This document shows positions 15,301 through 26,745 of a stretch of 64,000 nt of DNA, in pieces. The DNA is taken from positions 62,001 through 126,000 of the forward strand of contig CDRNST010000221.1 of assembly GCA_977016875.1 (NCBI GenBank), given 5' to 3'. This DNA is from Pavona decussata. Its lineage: Eukaryota. Below the pieces are notes generated by a model that was not told the DNA's origin, ran no database searches, and worked only from the letters and a program-made list of their open reading frames with translations. Positions within the stretch are counted from its first letter, which is position 1, and every line of letters begins with the position of its first letter. The position numbers and the translations under genes are program-made.

Positions 15301-18300
15301 ATTTAAAAGCGCACGTTCTTGCCGATCACGACAGCGCAAATCAAGAAAAGTCAAAAGACTGTGTTCGTTTTCGAATCGCTGGAGCTACAGCAAGCTCTAA
15401 ACTAGCCTCGCTTCCACTCAGAGGCCAGATCACCAAGCCCATAACTTTAAAATTGACCACTGGCGAGTAAACAAATTTTCTCCCCATTTTTTTTTTCGAG
15501 GAATACTGGCTAGATTTTATGTTTAAAACTGGAAAATCCTCATCTAAGCTTGTTTTCCGAGTTCTTTTCTCGCTACACCAAGTGTCTGTCAAGGCATTTG
15601 AAAGTTAATACTGATGACGTCACAAATGATACAATTTGCGTGCTACCCAGACTGCCAAACCATGAACGAAAGAGTGTTAAATTAGTCGTGATGTATTTAC
15701 CTGTCATGTGAAACACGGATTTAAAGCCCAAGCCAAATCGACCCACTTTCATGGGATCCTTAACTTTAATACTGTCACTCAGCATTCTGATGCCCTTCCA
15801 GTCATCTTTAGAAAACTGGGCGTTGTTGTAGGCATAAAGTGCCGGACCCTGTTGAAGAATAAAATAAAGAAGTAAATCAACAAAATTATTCAAATAAGTA
15901 AATTTTTTGAGATGCTCTTGGTCATAAAAGCCAGCCCCTAAAAACGAACGACGTTTCCACTAATCATCAGTTACTTTCAAGTTCGAGTTATTGTTTAGAA
16001 ATTTTACAGATACATTACACACCATCGCAAAAGATGGCAATTTTTAACGATCCTGGAAGACATCAAAAATGTGACGCTGCGGTGTAGAAGTGTGAAGTTT
16101 CTTTGTCAATTTACAAGTATGTATGTATCGGCATTTGAAACGTGACATAACTTTAATGAATGTAGGTTCAAAAGCAACGGCAGATAATTTTTTATAGTTA
16201 GATTTTATCTTAAGGGGTCCACTTGGTAAATAATTAAAATTGATCCCATCCTTTCAAATAGTATTGAATCCTTTAGGACGGTATTTGGGAAAACCAAACT
16301 GAAACCACAACGTGAACGCAAATCGATCCCGTATTGCTAGAAAAATGGAAAATTTTCAGGAGAGTTAAATCGAGATAGAGTTGAGACGACAGTACTGGCA
16401 TTCACTTATCTTTAGCCCTCTCGGGATATGGTGTGGTGTGTGAACCCAGTAAAGATATGGATAAACAATTAGCACGAACTTCCTTACGTCAAATCCATTC
16501 ATTCGGTTGAAAGTAAAATAAAAACCGCACCTGAAACTGTATGAGGCCCTCACTGTACAGTTTTTGTGTTCCGTAGCTGTGCTTGTCGTAAAGAAATTTA
16601 ACTTGAGTTGCTTCTGCGTCTTCCGCATTCTGTATAATCTCCTAAAACAGCGGACAGACTCATTTATGAGAACTTAAACTATATAGAGACCGTACATGAA
16701 GAGACGTAGTATTTTATAACAACCATAATATGGTGGACGCGTTTGCCCAGATTTCAATTTTCCCGTTTTCAACTCATTTAAATTAAAATGCTTAAATTAT
16801 GAACCATTCATAAATGTGGTAGTGTGTTATCCAGTGATTCAATGTTTAATAAACAACTATTATGCACTTTTCCCCTTTTTGGGTTGCATTTATTTTTAGG
16901 TTGCTTTTGGTGTCCAAAGAAAACAAAATCCCACTCTAAGACAAGTATTTTTACCTTGAGTATCTGTCCATCATCCGGGTACTCATCCAGGATTTTCCTC
17001 AACTGCTGGAGGAGCGTTGGTTGAATCAAATTAAATCCGTCGTCATCACCATCAACTTCCACTACGGAAACAGAACACGATTGATAAATAAGAAACAACA
17101 ACAACAAAAGAACAAACGAACAAACAAACAAACAAACAAGAAAACGGTTGCATTTCCTCCTGACCCACGTCTTCCTTAAGGATATTACCCTTGGATAAAC
17201 AGCCTCTCAGCTACATATATAGAAACAAGATCTAGACCAACTGTAGACAAATCTGGAAAAAATTGGGTCCGACAAAGTGCTAAAACGTCAGCTCGTTAAT
17301 GGACATCAGTTAACCTTGCCAGCTCAGTAGACAAAACCAAACACATTTTTTACTCCCCACCAACGCAGCACCACAGTTTCCTTAAAAACTGACCCCTTTA
17401 ATCCATTTGAAAACAAAAAAGGAAAGAAAACAATTGCGTATAAACTGCCAAAACTTAAGATCTTCTGTTGTCCTGACTGAGACGTTCAAAGCATGCCTTA
17501 GCCTCAGTCATTCAAATACGAGAGCCTATGTAGGACAACTGGACAACTGAGCTTTCAAAAGACCACTGTGCTCATCCTTTCGTTCTTGCTTATCAATGAA
17601 AAATTGCATTTGCTTTTGATACACATATAGAAGTAAGTAAACTTTATTTAGACAGGGTGGCCCAATCAGCTACGGGGCTGTTATCCTGAGGGGCCCTGTA
17701 TACACCTAAAATAATTATTCTTATGGTATGAGAAAAAAATATACAATATATATGACTCAAACACTTTTAAATTAAAATATCATAGGATAGAAAAAATAAA
17801 TAAAAACATTTGCACACTAAGAAAAAAATCTATGCAAAATCGTGTCTCATCATTAGTCGCTTAAAAGCCTCCAAGGACGCTGCCCGTTTGTATGTTTCAG
17901 GTAACGAATTAAATAAAATCGCTCCGGAGTATCTAAAAGTTCTCTTCCCGAGGCTAAGTTTGGGTCTTGAAGGATGAATGTCTTCACGCCGACGTGTATT
18001 GTAACTATGGAAACTGTGGTTTCTATTAAATTAGAAGAGTACAAACTGGGAAATGCATTTTCAAATGCCAACAATTCAGCGATAAATTCTTTAAAAAATA
18101 TAAAGAAAAGTACTTTGTTCAATATTTTATCTGTATTGAATCAATGTTAGTATAGGCGTTATTGTATTGATGAATGTCATTCTTAGAAAAAGGTTGGCCG
18201 ACATCACCTTTTTGGCCGTTCCATTTATTTATTCAGTAGTCCAGGTTTGGTCAGGCCAATTGTAAAACTCACGGTCAAATTTTCTTCGGTTCATCAAAAT

Positions 18301-18643
18301 GTCTCTACAAAAGTTTATCTAAACTATCTAGTATATTGCTGAAATAAGACTTCCTCAATCCGTATAACGACCTCACAACAGGGACAACACATATTTTATT
18401 TCAAATCAACAGGTTTAGCTTCATATGCAGTTGACGGAGGCTGCGAGCAGTGAAGTTGGGCACACAGCAGTTATTGTAATGAACTACACAACCCTTATGT
18501 ACCTTTTGCATGAGGCCACAGAGTGTGCCGTATTCATGGATATTGCAAAATTAAACGTCTTGTGTCAGCTATATCTAAAGCATCTAGTCATGCATCGGTG
18601 TTTGGCCCGTATTCCTGTATTATAAGGGAATTGTTTACTTACT
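28..18643 (-). CDS. SACS: Sacsin-like gene, whole spliced CDS span (8 coding exons, ~4,436 aa; SRR1-SRR2-SRR3-J domain-HEPN)
   Basis: Exons joined at GT-AG sites with matching phases: 18643, 16955-17061, 16531-16641, 15701-15848, 13787-14756, 12591-13168, 1228-12344, 28-306; total 13,311 nt, divisible by 3, ending in TGA. Three HSP90-like repeats ([12 protein letters not shown] / [12 protein letters not shown] / [12 protein letters not shown], each followed by GPAL.xYN and a G.FG.GF-type glycine loop), then J domain and HEPN. The 5'-most exon is inferred; orthology versus paralogy to vertebrate SACS is untested. Confidence 0.9.
1228..12344 (-). CDS. SACS: Sacsin-like giant exon (11,117 nt): SRR2, SRR3, J domain, start of HEPN
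   Basis: Part of uninterrupted ORF 1171..12429; acceptor ttttcctgtag|AATGT (phase 1), donor CACCAG|gtaaaa; motifs [49 protein letters not shown]. Confidence 0.96.
12591..13168 (-). CDS. SACS: Sacsin-like internal exon (SRR1 C-terminal part)
   Basis: aaacag|AGCGTGG ... GAGAAAG|gtatgt; reads (K)[12 protein letters not shown]...LEDVAEK; phases 2 and 1 match the neighbouring exons. Confidence 0.92.
13248..13499. mobile_element. MITE with long TIRs and TTAA target duplication (Kolobok-like), in sacsin intron
   Basis: ttaa|GAGCGGCTGCC..AAGAATCGAGAACTGCATTTCAGCGACC ... GGTCGCTGAAATGCAGTTCTCGATTCTT..GGCAGCCGCTC|ttaa. Confidence 0.85.
13787..14756 (-). CDS. SACS: Sacsin-like internal exon (SRR1 core)
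   Basis: ttctag|ATCTACCA ... TTTACAA|gtaagt; [44 protein letters not shown]. Confidence 0.93.
15701..15848 (-). CDS. SACS: Sacsin-like internal exon (SRR1 ATPase-like motifs)
   Basis: caacag|GGTCCG ... ATGACAG|gtaaat; [12 protein letters not shown]...[16 protein letters not shown]. Confidence 0.93.
16531..16641 (-). CDS. SACS: Sacsin-like internal exon (111 nt; its reading frame is not in the ORF track)
   Basis: ttttag|GAGATT ... TTTCAG|gtgcgg; [37 protein letters not shown], phase 0-0. Confidence 0.92.
16955..17061 (-). CDS. SACS: Sacsin-like exon starting SRR1
   Basis: ttccgtag|TGGAAGTT ... CTCAAG|gtaaaa; [36 protein letters not shown]; begins in phase 1 with TG. Confidence 0.9.
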
Positions 18644-18690
18644 GGTAATCACAGATAGCCAGAGCCTTTAAGTTGTTCGGTAATCATGAC
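18643..18690 (-). other. Candidate 48-nt 5'UTR exon of the sacsin-like gene supplying the A of a split ATG; contains a 12-codon uORF
   Basis: tttccttaccag|GTCATG...GATTACCA|gtaagt; splicing to TGGAAG yields ACCATGG. Confidence 0.6.
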
Positions 18691-19674
18691 CTGGTAAGGA
18701 AAGAAAGACTTTTGTTACATTACGTACGAAATCAGCCATTTGTTCTAAGAATAGATAATTATACCTTTTAGGACATGTCCTAATCTGTTGCACTACAGCG
18801 AGCGAAAACTATAATTACTCTTCAATTCCCATTACCCGCGAGACAGCATATTATATTAAGCAGTACAGAGAGCTTTCAAAGCTTCGCGATTAAATCTGTT
18901 GGGAAAAGGGAATGAGCATCTCCCGACGGCTTTACTTAACGGTGGTGTTGCAATGGGCAACGTTACAGAAATAAAATACCGATGGTCATTACTACCGACT
19001 TAATTCAGTGCTTAGTGTGTCAAATACTGGATATCAGATTCTAGCATGATCTAGCGATTGTGATGAACCATCACTACGGTCTCATGATCAGGCAATGATA
19101 TAAAAATTAAATCAATCCACAGTACAAAAACGAACTTCCACAGACATGAACATTCATATAGAAAAGCATCCGTCAATTTCCTTAATCTTTAATCCGGCGG
19201 GCGTTTTTAAACTTGAGCTCACCTGTCGACCGGCAAACTATGACAAGCAAAATCAGCACGGCGGGCTTATTATAGGTGAGAAATCGTGTTTGAAAAAATC
19301 GGGTGTGAACACCAAAGAGTAATGTATAACGATGATTATTTTTTAAGGAAGTAAGTATTTGTGCTGTGGAGTTTAATATTTTGAACGAGTCGAGATGTTC
19401 GAATCATAACCGTATTGTCATGCCCATGAAACCCGGATCCCTCCATAGCTTCGAAATCGGCCGTGAACATAACTCCATAAACATACATCTAGCAAGTTTT
19501 TGAAATTCTTACTGATGCTTGCTGCTCGGTTGCAAAGAACTTCTCGAAATTATTTAAACAACAAAAACCCCGTGGGAGATGATCATTGCTAGGCATGTTT
19601 AATATATTATTAGAGAGTACGACACCAGCAAGAAAGCCTTCGTCTGATGTTAGTCAACACAAGCTAGCAGTTGT

Positions 19675-19751
19675 TTCTCGGAATTTCACGGCAATTTAAC
19701 AAGCTCCCTTTTCTCGGAATCGTCAGCTGAAAATACTGTGAACGTCACGTG
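19675..19751. promoter_or_regulatory. Candidate promoter core A: two GAS (STAT) palindromes plus CRE/E-box composite
   Basis: TTCTCGGAA 19675-83 and 19711-19; ACGTCACGTG 19742-51; further pair TTCTTGGAA 20668-76 and TTCGTGGAA 20690-98. Confidence 0.5.
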
Positions 19752-21214
19752 AACAGATTGCTAGGAATATCGACACGCTTCATCTCACATCCGTTGTTAT
19801 CTGCATATCGAAAATCTCACAATGAAGGTTTAAAGTTAAGCGGAATGGATTTTAAATTCTATTTAAATGTTTTGACGGAGTGTTAATGTGCGTTTCACGA
19901 CTTTTTTCTCACGTTATCGTTAATATACTTCTGTTAGATGAGCTTGGAGAAACAACTTTTTTATCGTTGGAAAGCTAAACACATTTTGTGCGGCTCCTCC
20001 CAACCACGTTAAAACTAAATGAAACATGTTATATAAGAAAATATAAGTTTATAAAGAGCGTTTTACTATGTTAATTCAAAACTAAATTCGCCTAACTTGA
20101 CCGTATTTCCGTTCTCTCATTATTAGTTTTCCCATCAATTCAAAACTTCCTCACTATCTTGTTCAGTTCGACCCTATAACACAAGGTTTACCTTGAAAGT
20201 GAGGCTAACAAACCTTTTCATATAAAAACTAGTTTTGTCTGCATATGAATGAAAACTAATTTTCATAATAAAAACCATGCATTTCGCCTGGCTTTCACAA
20301 TGAGGTTCAAAGCAACTCGTAAATGGCCCATTAAGGCCAAACTATTCAGTGTTAGCTAACGCTTCAGCATTAAATCTTTTATAACTGAAGAGAGTTTTGA
20401 TGGGGGATAATTCTCTCTACAACTTCACCTTGAATAATACAGGCGTACAAATTTCACCAAGAAAGCTTACAAAACATGCAACGAAGATATATTGTAAGCA
20501 TGAGGGCGACAAAACTAACTACTGCTACAAAATGCTTCGTCATATCTGCCGTATTACCGTTCTCTCGTTATTAGTTTCCCCATCAATTCAAAAGCCAAAA
20601 ACTCAATGAAAATGAAGCAGTTGCTATCAACTCGTTGCTCCTTGATGGAAATTCAACACGCTACAGTTTCTTGGAACTTGTTATGTGCTTTCGTGGAAAA
20701 AATGACAGCTGAATAAACACTGGCTGCATGACATCAAATTCTCACAATTGAACCTTCACCAGCTTACTGATAACAAATTATTGTTTCTTCTCAAGGGTTA
20801 CACGAAAGACAGTTTTGTTAATTCTTAAGACTATGTAACAAAATCTTAGGAAAAACCAGACTTAGGATCAGTTATTAAAAGATAGTTTAGACGGTGTTTA
20901 ACAAAACCACGTTCTATGCCTTTTTCCATTTTGCTTCCAATCACATCTAAACATAATGGCTGCTGCTGACGGTAGAAGACTAGAAAACTATTTATGTAAT
21001 TAAAATAAAACACTTATAAACAGATTTGGAGGCCCACTGATTGCCTTAAGCCGCGGCCTAAATAAGACTTTGTTTAAATGACTAACCTTTAGTGAATTAC
21101 TGGCTCAAGATCTTGGACAAGTTTAAAGTGAATGTTGAATTGTGAGGAACGAAATCCGACTAGATACTTGTAAGCTTTATGTGTTCTTGTGGCTAAGACG
21201 TATATATGCGTCAT

Positions 21215-23060
21215 ATATTGCAAAATTAATGGTCTTGTATGGATATATATACAGCATGTAGTCACACATAGCGCTTAGCTCACCCTTGCATTATAAGGAT
21301 ATTGTTACTCACTCGCTCACAGGAAGTCAGAGTCCTCTCAAAGTGTTTGGCAACCAAGCCATAGCAAGAAAAAAATTTATGATGTAAGATATGATATTCA
21401 TTATTCAACCATTTGTTCAGATCTATTGCACTTTCTTAGCTCTAGTAAACTAATAACAGGTTGTCTAAAATCATTACTGTTTTAAATTTTCCAAAGAGTT
21501 GGCCTCGACACAGCCATTTTATCCAAAGCCTCGCGAGTAAACGTGTTGGAAAAAATGAACGTTTCTTGAACTGAGAAAGCCTTATCTGGTGGCTATAGAT
21601 TTCAATGCCGTGTACAAACCATGAACGTTCGAATTCAGGTAAGGTTCGGCCATGATTTATCGGCTGCGACCTATAGGAAATGCTACCATTAAATAAGTTC
21701 ACAGCATGACTCTAACCTTCAGAAATACTAAACATTCTGGACAACTGAAAAGGATCTGTGAATTTCAATTCCTTCAGCATTTTCTGAAAAAAGGCAAACA
21801 ATTCCCGGCCGGTGAATCGTAACGGACAAAATCACGAGGGGCGAATGGCACTTAACCGTCAAAACTAATGTCCGTCTTCCAATTTTCCATCGCCATCAAC
21901 GGGAACATCTCTAATCGGCCGCAAACATACACCTTGCAAAATTTCTTATCCCTCATCGCAATAGCTGCGAAGAGTAGAACGCAGTTCCTGATTTCTCGAA
22001 ACCTTTATAGCAACGAAGAAACTGTGGGAGGTGTTCGTTGCTGGGCAAGTTTCCAAGTTTTAATACACCGGCATAGTTCATCAAATTTTGTTGAGAAACA
22101 TTTCGACGGAGCGCTAGCAACTGAAAATATGACTGTATGGCCGAAGCTCTCGAACCAAAGACAACAAAAATGATTGAACTGACTCACCCAAAGCCAGGAA
22201 CATGCAAGAACTCTTCGTCTGATGCCAGTCAACACAAGCTTGCCGGTTTTTCCCGGAATTTTGCGGCAATTTAATAAGCTTTCTTTTCGCGGAATCGTCA
22301 GGTGAACAAACCGTGGACGTCACGTGAACAGATTCAGTCGAAATACTACACGCCTTTCATCCGGTGTAAATGTTGAAATATAATTACCATCCTTTGAAGA
22401 AGTCTTTTTTTCTTACGATTAATGTATTTCTGTTGTTGAAAACGGAAGAGATTAGACGAAACATGATTTATAAGAAAATATTAAGTTATAAGACGCATTC
22501 AACTCCAATTTTTTTATTCGATCCACATTCGTTTAAATTTAGTATGAAATCCTTTAAAATGGTGTGTAATACCTCGAGAATATCTCTGCCAATAGCGGCT
22601 TTGAAAGTGAGGCCAACAAACCTTTTCATATAAGGACTAATTTTGTCTGCACATGAATGAAAACTAATTTTCATAATAAAAAACCATGCATCTAGCCTGG
22701 CTTTCACAATGAGGTTCAAAGCAAAACTATTCAGGGTAAACAAAATCTTCGTCACATGTCCCGCATTTGCGTGCAACATTTTGTCATTTTCTCATTATTG
22801 CTCTCTCCTGGTAGCTCCGTGTATCCAAAACTTCTTGCTATCTTTTACGACAGCACTGATAAATGATTTTACTCTTATTTTCAACAGCTAAATGACTTAC
22901 ATTACAACTATCAACATGGAAAAGAAGTAGATCACATTACTCTTTGTTTTCTGATGAAAATTCAGCAGGCTACAGTTTTCTTGGAATTTTTCCGATGCTT
23001 TCTTGGAAAAGTGGCAGCTGAATAAACACAAATTCCGTAATAGAACCTTGTTCTCCAGCG
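21215..23060. repeat. Upstream module copy B
   Basis: ATTGCAAAATTAA block matches 18542; core 22200-22360 matches 19625-19790; shares the embedded MITE fragment (22600-22725 vs 20190-20330) and the 22960-23030 vs 20645-20720 block. Confidence 0.8.
22250..22326. promoter_or_regulatory. Candidate promoter core B: two GAS palindromes plus CRE/E-box composite
   Basis: TTCCCGGAA 22250-58, TTCGCGGAA 22286-94, GACGTCACGTG 22316-26; further pair TTCTTGGAA 22978-86 and 23000-08. Confidence 0.5.
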
Positions 23061-23979
23061 TATGCAAAACAAACTATTTGTTCCTCTCACCCCGCAAAAC
23101 ACAACCTTAAAAAGCAAAAAGACTGCATAGCATTCTCTCGTCCTATTCTAGGACACACAGGTTGCATATTCAGTCTTGTTTGTATCCGTGATACGCAAAT
23201 TTCTTTCAACGGTAAAAAAACAAATCCGCCATTTTGAAATTTGACCACTGAGTAAACCGCACGAAAGGCCCGAGTTTGTGTAATGGGGAATAAGAAAGCT
23301 GCATGGGCAACGCTGCAGGAATAAAGTGCCAATGAATTTATAGCTGATTTGGACTACTTGAAACTCAGAGCACCTTAAGATTAGTAAACTTGCCAAGTAT
23401 AAAAATGATATGTCCGGAAGCGAGCGAAGATATAGTTCTGCAAAATCGCCAAATTTTACAGACGTTTATACCATACAAGCGTCTGTAAAATCTCGTGCCT
23501 TTGCGGATGCATGCTCTCATTAGTTTTAAACATGTCACTCTCAAACTTGGAAAACTTATTAATTTTAAGGCGTTCTTTCCAGCGGTGTCGGTGGATTTTT
23601 GCTAACTGGTCCAAGTCAAAACCATGGAAGGGTCTAAAAATTTGAACATTTCCCGAAGAAAGCCGCATCTAACGGCGATGTTAAAACAAGGCGACGTTGC
23701 AGTAATAAAATGCCACGATAATTATACCACCGAACCAACTGGTGATAAATTTCCCCAAGATTTTGGAGATTGGCAGATGAAATTTTCTCACATTCACACA
23801 GAGAAATTGTAACTATGAAAGAACTTCAAAAGTTTGGAATAGTGAACGAGGCATTCAGGTTGTACATTTTGTCCTTATCCTGAATCGATAGAACAAACAT
23901 TTTAAGGTGACTTCATACATTGTCGTATCCAGACAAAATCATGACCAAATCACCGACGTTCGTATCTTCTGATTATAAC

Positions 23980-25185
23980 TGAGAAACAAGTTTATACCTT
24001 GAACAATGTCAATTATCAGGTCCCCGGCAGTCAAACGCAGAATATACTTGTTTCTTATATATTTAAAGCAGTATATTTACACTTGCAGAAGTTTTAAAAG
24101 CTAAAGGCCCGTGAAATGCCAGTGTACATGTTACTCAGTTAGTAAACGTGCCATCTAGTAACAGACACAACTGAAACGTCGATTTCACTGATACAATGTA
24201 TGATTTCCCCGCTGTAATGGACCTTGAAGATTGGCTCAGGATAAGGCAATGATGAATCAAATTCTCCCATTAAATAAACAGACAACGCAAAAAGTAACTT
24301 TTAGAGATATTCATATAGAAAAGGATCCTGTAAACTTGAGCTCACCTGCTCGACAAACCGGTAAACTATGACAACAATTTAAATCAACATGGCGGGCTTA
24401 TTATAAGCGAGAAATCGTGTTTGAAAAACTCATCTCTGGTGTGTACACTAAAGGGAAATATATAAAAATGATTACTTTTGTGGAAGTAAGTATTTTTGCT
24501 ATGGGTTTTAATATTTTGAACGAGTACTGCTGTTCGAATCGCGTGTCCATTAACATAGCTTTGAAAATCGGCCGTAAAAATCACTCCATAAACACACACC
24601 CGGCATGGTTTGCTAGTAGTTATATCCCTTATTGCGCGGTTATGAAGAACTTACAATTAATTTCTCGGAATTATTTAATCAACGAAGAAAATGCAACCGT
24701 GAGAGATGTTCGTTGGTTCGCACTACTATTACCGCAGTAAGCGTAACCGGCATTTCTCACGCAATTTTGCCGCTGCCTGCGAAAAACAATTGAACGAACC
24801 GTTGAGCAGTTGATCATCTCGAATAAATACCAATAAAACCAACAAATAACTTACCAAAAACTTCACAGACAAGAAAATTTCCCCCTGATGTAAGTCAACG
24901 TAAATTTGCAGACCCTTCTAGAACCTTCAAGGTAAAGTTCTTCCAGTGATTTCCCGGAATCGTCAGCTGAACAAACCGTAGACGTCACGTGATCAGGTTT
25001 CTCGGAATATCGACGCACCTCATCGCACATCCGGTGTTATATGCATATCGAAAACCTTACAATGAAGGTTTAAAGTTAAGGTTGAGCCGAAAAGATTTAT
25101 ATTCAATTTAAATCTTTCACGACTTTTATCTCAGGATTTTCGTACTTCTGTTAGAAAAATTGTTTAAAGTTGGAAAGCTACGTAA
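23980..25185. repeat. Upstream module copy C
   Basis: ATTCATATAGAAAAG..AAACTTGAGCTCACCTG..GGCGGGCTTATTATA matches 19150-19290; core 24880-25080 matches 19640-19840. Confidence 0.8.
24951..25007. promoter_or_regulatory. Candidate promoter core C: GAS - CRE/E-box - GAS
   Basis: TTCCCGGAA 24951-59, GACGTCACGTG 24981-91, TTCTCGGAA 24999-25007; also TTCTCGGAA 24662-70. Confidence 0.5.
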
Positions 25186-25737
25186 CACAGCTAGATATAA
25201 ATAAATGCGTTAGATCATATGCAAAACAATCTTTAAAACCTTATCGCAAAATGCAAAGACATTAATTCACGCAAAATAAAAGTACCTACTATAAGAAGAT
25301 TGCTTGTTTTGCAATCGAAAATTTGCGTTACCCTAAATTAAAAGAGAAGGGGACTAGAACGTCTCGGTCGCAAAATCGGGATTTAGATTGGCTGGAAAGC
25401 CGGATATACTACTATATTATGCAATATTGCATGGCAGCTTAGATTATTTTTTGACAAATTTTAAGTATGAAGTAAATGAAGTATGACAGAAATGTTGTCC
25501 CTTTGTTATCTTAATTTAATAGACTTAAAATAGTTTGATGCCTGAGTGATTTTTCCTGTTTCGTTATCTGCATACGAAAGAACTTCACTGCAAGTGATGG
25601 TAAGACAATAAAGCACTAACAAATTTACAATTTACAATTTCAGGCTGTCCTGTGTTGTTAAATAAACAGAATTTTTCAGGTCAAAAACATTTCAATTTTC
25701 AGGTGCCGGGGGTTAGCTTAGTTCGCTTTCTGCAAAC

Positions 25738-25844
25738 ATGGTGAAGCAAACCACTGTATGAAATTTTTCTGTTGTTCAGTGTACTTGCTGTGTTCGGAAT
25801 AAGAGATACTGCATACGGAAGTAAAGAAGTAACAAGTTACGTAG
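25738..25844 (+). pseudogene. Candidate frameshifted signal-peptide exon, possibly of the ZP-domain gene
   Basis: Acceptor ttttcag at 25702; ATG GTG AAG CAA +1 nt, then PLYEIFLLFSVLAVFGIRDTAYGSKEVTSYV G|gtaggt; the hydrophobic core is only reachable through a 1-nt frameshift. Confidence 0.35.
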
Positions 25845-26745
25845 GTAGGTAAAATCAATTAAGAACATCAAGCATGCATTGTTACGGTCGCGTATGATCT
25901 GAAATGAGCGGTTGAATCTAGAACCCGGTGCTCTTTTCTAGGACTATTTCGAAATAAGGAGTACTTGAAAGATATAGCAATTAATTGTACTGTTTGCTGT
26001 TTCGAGCAATATTCCATACGCATTTTCGTGATTAATACTCGTGATTAATATTCCTGCTCCCGAATGTCAGTAGAATGATAGCTTACCGATACATTGGTTC
26101 GGCTGAATAACACACAGGTGCGACATTTGGTAAACTGTACATGTGATTTTTTCTCAAAAATGAAAGGCAATGCAAAATACTTAAAACGCATTGAATGCTG
26201 TTCTCTGTTATCTCCGATCATCATAGTGTTAGAGTTATCATAGTTTTAGCTGTTTTGGAACGTTGTTTAGCTTATTGTTTAGCTCCTAATTAGCTCATAT
26301 AACAATTTCACCTACATCATTACAAAATGAGACCTTTTCGCTTGTTTTCCTTCTTTATTTTTTTTAAGAATTGATTAGGAATCCTTGAGCCTATACTCAG
26401 TTGATCATAAGCATGGGTATAACAAACACATTTACGTCACAGCGTCTTCACATTCTTGTTTATTTTTAGCTGGAACTTCAATCGAATTCAAAGGATACTT
26501 GCTAGCCAATCAGGAGGTTGACATTATTTTCACGCGGACCGAAACTTAAACTTTCTCGGGAAAAAGTAATCTTGATCGTGCCTAAAAATAGAGTGTTCTG
26601 TGAAAACACCGTCCCACACGCTTAATATAGGAGTTATACGCTCGCAGTAATGAGCTTCCGATTTTTCTTAGCTTTTTTCTTGTAGTCTTAAGCTTGTCTT
26701 TGCAATAATACGCTCGATATAGATTACAGACTGCAGCGATTACAT

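Larger units (their letters stand above)
18535..20760. repeat. Upstream module copy A (diverged local triplication 5' of sacsin)
   Basis: Blocks shared with ~21215-23060 and ~23980-25185, e.g. GTCAACACAAGCT..TTCNCGGAA..CGTCAG.TGAA..ACGTCACGTGA; boundaries approximate. Confidence 0.8.

Noticed and set aside
17640-18130. Possible LINE 3' fragment / 89-aa ORF 17853..18122 in the sacsin intron
   Set aside because: No diagnostic motif; cannot be assigned without a search
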